Source: Octopus sinensis (Eukaryota). From it: a DNA stretch of 64,000 bases. This document shows, in pieces, positions 61,818 to 64,000 of the stretch. A program made the translations under genes and the position numbers. Under the pieces are notes generated by a model. That model was given only the letters and a program-made list of their open reading frames with translations, was not told the DNA's origin and searched no databases. The DNA lies in assembly GCF_006345805.1 (NCBI RefSeq), contig NC_043007.1:9238001-9302000 (forward strand), written 5' to 3'. Every line of letters begins with the position of its first letter. Position 1 is the stretch's first letter.

Positions 61818-61855
61818 TGCCTGAAGATCCGATTGTAGAAACAGCCTGTATACAA
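61816..61855 (+). ncRNA. Degenerate hammerhead-like motif directly after (TA)n
   Basis: CTGAAGA-tccgattgta-GAAA-ca gcc t-GTA. Core and stem III present; stem II weak and stem I absent. Confidence 0.35.
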
Positions 61856-62968
61856 ATTTACAGTATTATGAATAATATATTTCGTGTGCTTTAAGCTTAC
61901 CCTCTTATAAATTGAATTACATTTGTTTTCCTGCGGGAGACAAACCACTGGTTTTGCCTTAAAACGTGTGGATCTGCATCGAAAATACATGAAAATGAAA
62001 TGAAATAAATCACACGTTTCACATACTGAGTTATGTCAATACAGAATACCTTCACCGGAAACTATTTGACCCAGGTACAAAAGAAAAAAGAAATTCTATT
62101 TATTTTCATTCATTCGTTTTTTTTTCTATTCATTTTATTTATTTATAAATCTGAAACTATGTATTCCGAAATACAAAATCGTAGAGTTAATGCGCTAGAT
62201 GACTCACAGGTGAAGGTTTAAAATAAAACGGTTATACCGATGAACCAATGAGCTTTTGCAGCTACTACTTGACTAAATTATATCGGTATGTGTGAATGCA
62301 GCTTTAAAGAAAGTATGCAAATTATGCATTCATCTTTAGATAGCAGACTCAGAAAGCAGGATCAGGGAATATAGAATACTTGAAAGTTCATAAGAACTTC
62401 GAAATCGTGAGCTGTTAAAAGTTTTATTATTTGTAATCAAGACTGCGAAAATTTCATTTGGTTAACATTTACCAAAGGTGAGAAGTTTTACTGCTCGGTA
62501 ACTGCGGTGGATTTTCCTTTAGAAGTTAAAGTATGTCAGAAAGATATTTTAACTAATGCAAAGTTAGTTTATTGGTGCGGATGCTGTTATATTTACGTCG
62601 ACAAGACGAGAAATCATTTATTTCACTGCTTTTCAGTTACAGCAGGGGCTTGAAGGTATGTACCTGAAAAATCCTCATAATGTAGTAAATTTTCACATAA
62701 GCAAAAGGAAATTTAATGAACATAACGATGGATCGCGCCAGTAGACAGTGATTGCGTGGCAACTGCCTCTTTCATCAATCTACTCCTACATGCATAAGTA
62801 CATGGACTAATACACATAAACAAAATCTCACTCACACACATACACACATATATGTTATTGTGACTTTAAAATATAGACAGTGTAACTGGATGCCATGCTG
62901 AGACACGATCTTGAATTGAATAGTCGAACAAATTGACTGAATTAAACAATCTTTTCTTTTATAATAAA

Positions 62969-63799
62969 CTAGCAGTATTGCCCGGCTCGTGCGCTCGTGC
63001 GTTCTATGCACGCGCGAATTAAGCTAAACTTAGATGAAGTTCAATCAAAATTCAACTATTTTGGTTTTAAAATGAAGCATTTAATGCCCTCTATTTTTGC
63101 GCTTATGTGCTCCATTTCCTCAATAGGAAGTATGTAGGAGCGTTTCATAATTTTTTTTTGATCAAATAATAGCATTGTTGAATTATTCTTTTAGATCAGT
63201 ATTTCTCAACGGGGATTTCAGGGGAGAATTCCAGGGAGTCGCTGGCGATGTATCGTGATGATCAAAAATCCGGCCTGCTAAAATTTGGTTAAAGTGATTC
63301 AAACTGCAGACTCAACGCAAAATGGTCACATTTAATTCAAAGCGTTAAAAATATTATGAAAATAATTGGTATGTGTTCACAAAGTCCAAACGATTAATAC
63401 GAAAAACTCTCCAGGCTACATCCCGAAAATTCATTTCTTTGCCGAATTTCTACAATATTTACGGCGATTCGTTTTTATATCTTGATTTTCTATTTTTCAT
63501 GCAATTTACGCATGTTTGCACGCGTGGTGAACACAGTTCACGTCAAACAACTGACTGAGTAAAGTTCACTATTCAATGCATGGATAAGGCCTAAACAAAC
63601 ACATTATCGATTTTTGCACTTGCGAGATGAATTTCGGAACAGAAATAGCGCAGTTCAATTTTCATTCGCCTAAACTTTAAGTGACCCATTTTTGGGGGTT
63701 CTAGGATTTGTTGGCTAGGAGATGTGCGGGGAAGTTAAACACACAAACACACACAGAGGTACAGACACAGACACACAAGTTGAGTTTTATATATATAGA
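62969..63799 (-). mobile_element. Non-autonomous Helitron, complete
   Basis: Minus strand starts TC (TCTATATATATAAAACTC) and ends GCCGGGCAATACTG-CTAG; inserted in an AT dinucleotide. Confidence 0.82.
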
Positions 63800-63859
63800 T
63801 TTAATTGTCTTTACATCTGATAATTATTCTTCAGTTATAGAGGCATAGAAAAACGAACA

Positions 63860-64000
63860 CCGGTTATCCAGTGATATTGGGGAGGATGACACAGACAAAA
63901 AACGTACACACACAGCTGTGTGTGTTTGTTTGCTTTTGTGTGTGTGTTTGTGTGTGTGTGTGTATATGACGGTTTCCGTCTACAAAATTCACTCACAAAG
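63860..64000 (-). mobile_element. SINE family C fragment, cut by the window end
   Basis: GACGGTTTCCGTCTACAAAATTCACTCACAA matches the family C body. Confidence 0.7.

Noticed and set aside
4174-61990. Dozens of long ORFs rich in IY/YI, VC, HT, poly-S/F/E/R/L/N
   Set aside because: They are translations of (TA)n, (CA)n, (TACA)n and trinucleotide microsatellites, not proteins.
5655-64000. Strand bias of SINE C as a sign of a host transcription unit
   Set aside because: About 8 minus vs 6 plus copies, so no bias.

Overview
AT-rich, repeat-saturated animal DNA. The SINE families, huge (TA)n/(CA)n/(TAA)n load and LINE mix suggest an octopod cephalopod; this is inference, not verified. No host gene can be demonstrated: nearly all long ORFs in the track are microsatellite translations or decayed transposon frames, and only a few weak exon candidates remain. 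Contents: four tRNA-headed SINE groups (called A-D here) that swap heads and tails; CR1, RTE and R4/Dong-clade LINE fragments; at least four lineages of Penelope-like elements (PLEs, GIY-YIG); non-autonomous Helitrons; a mariner deletion derivative; and several fold-back palindromes. The strongest signal is an RNA-level layer the ORF track cannot show. About nine minimal type-I hammerhead ribozyme motifs of several unrelated sequence types occur in PLE termini or microsatellite-anchored micro-elements. A group of (TA)n-anchored elements also share one terminus and end in a hairpin. All alignments were done by eye, boundaries are approximate unless a TSD or terminus is quoted, and no database search was possible.
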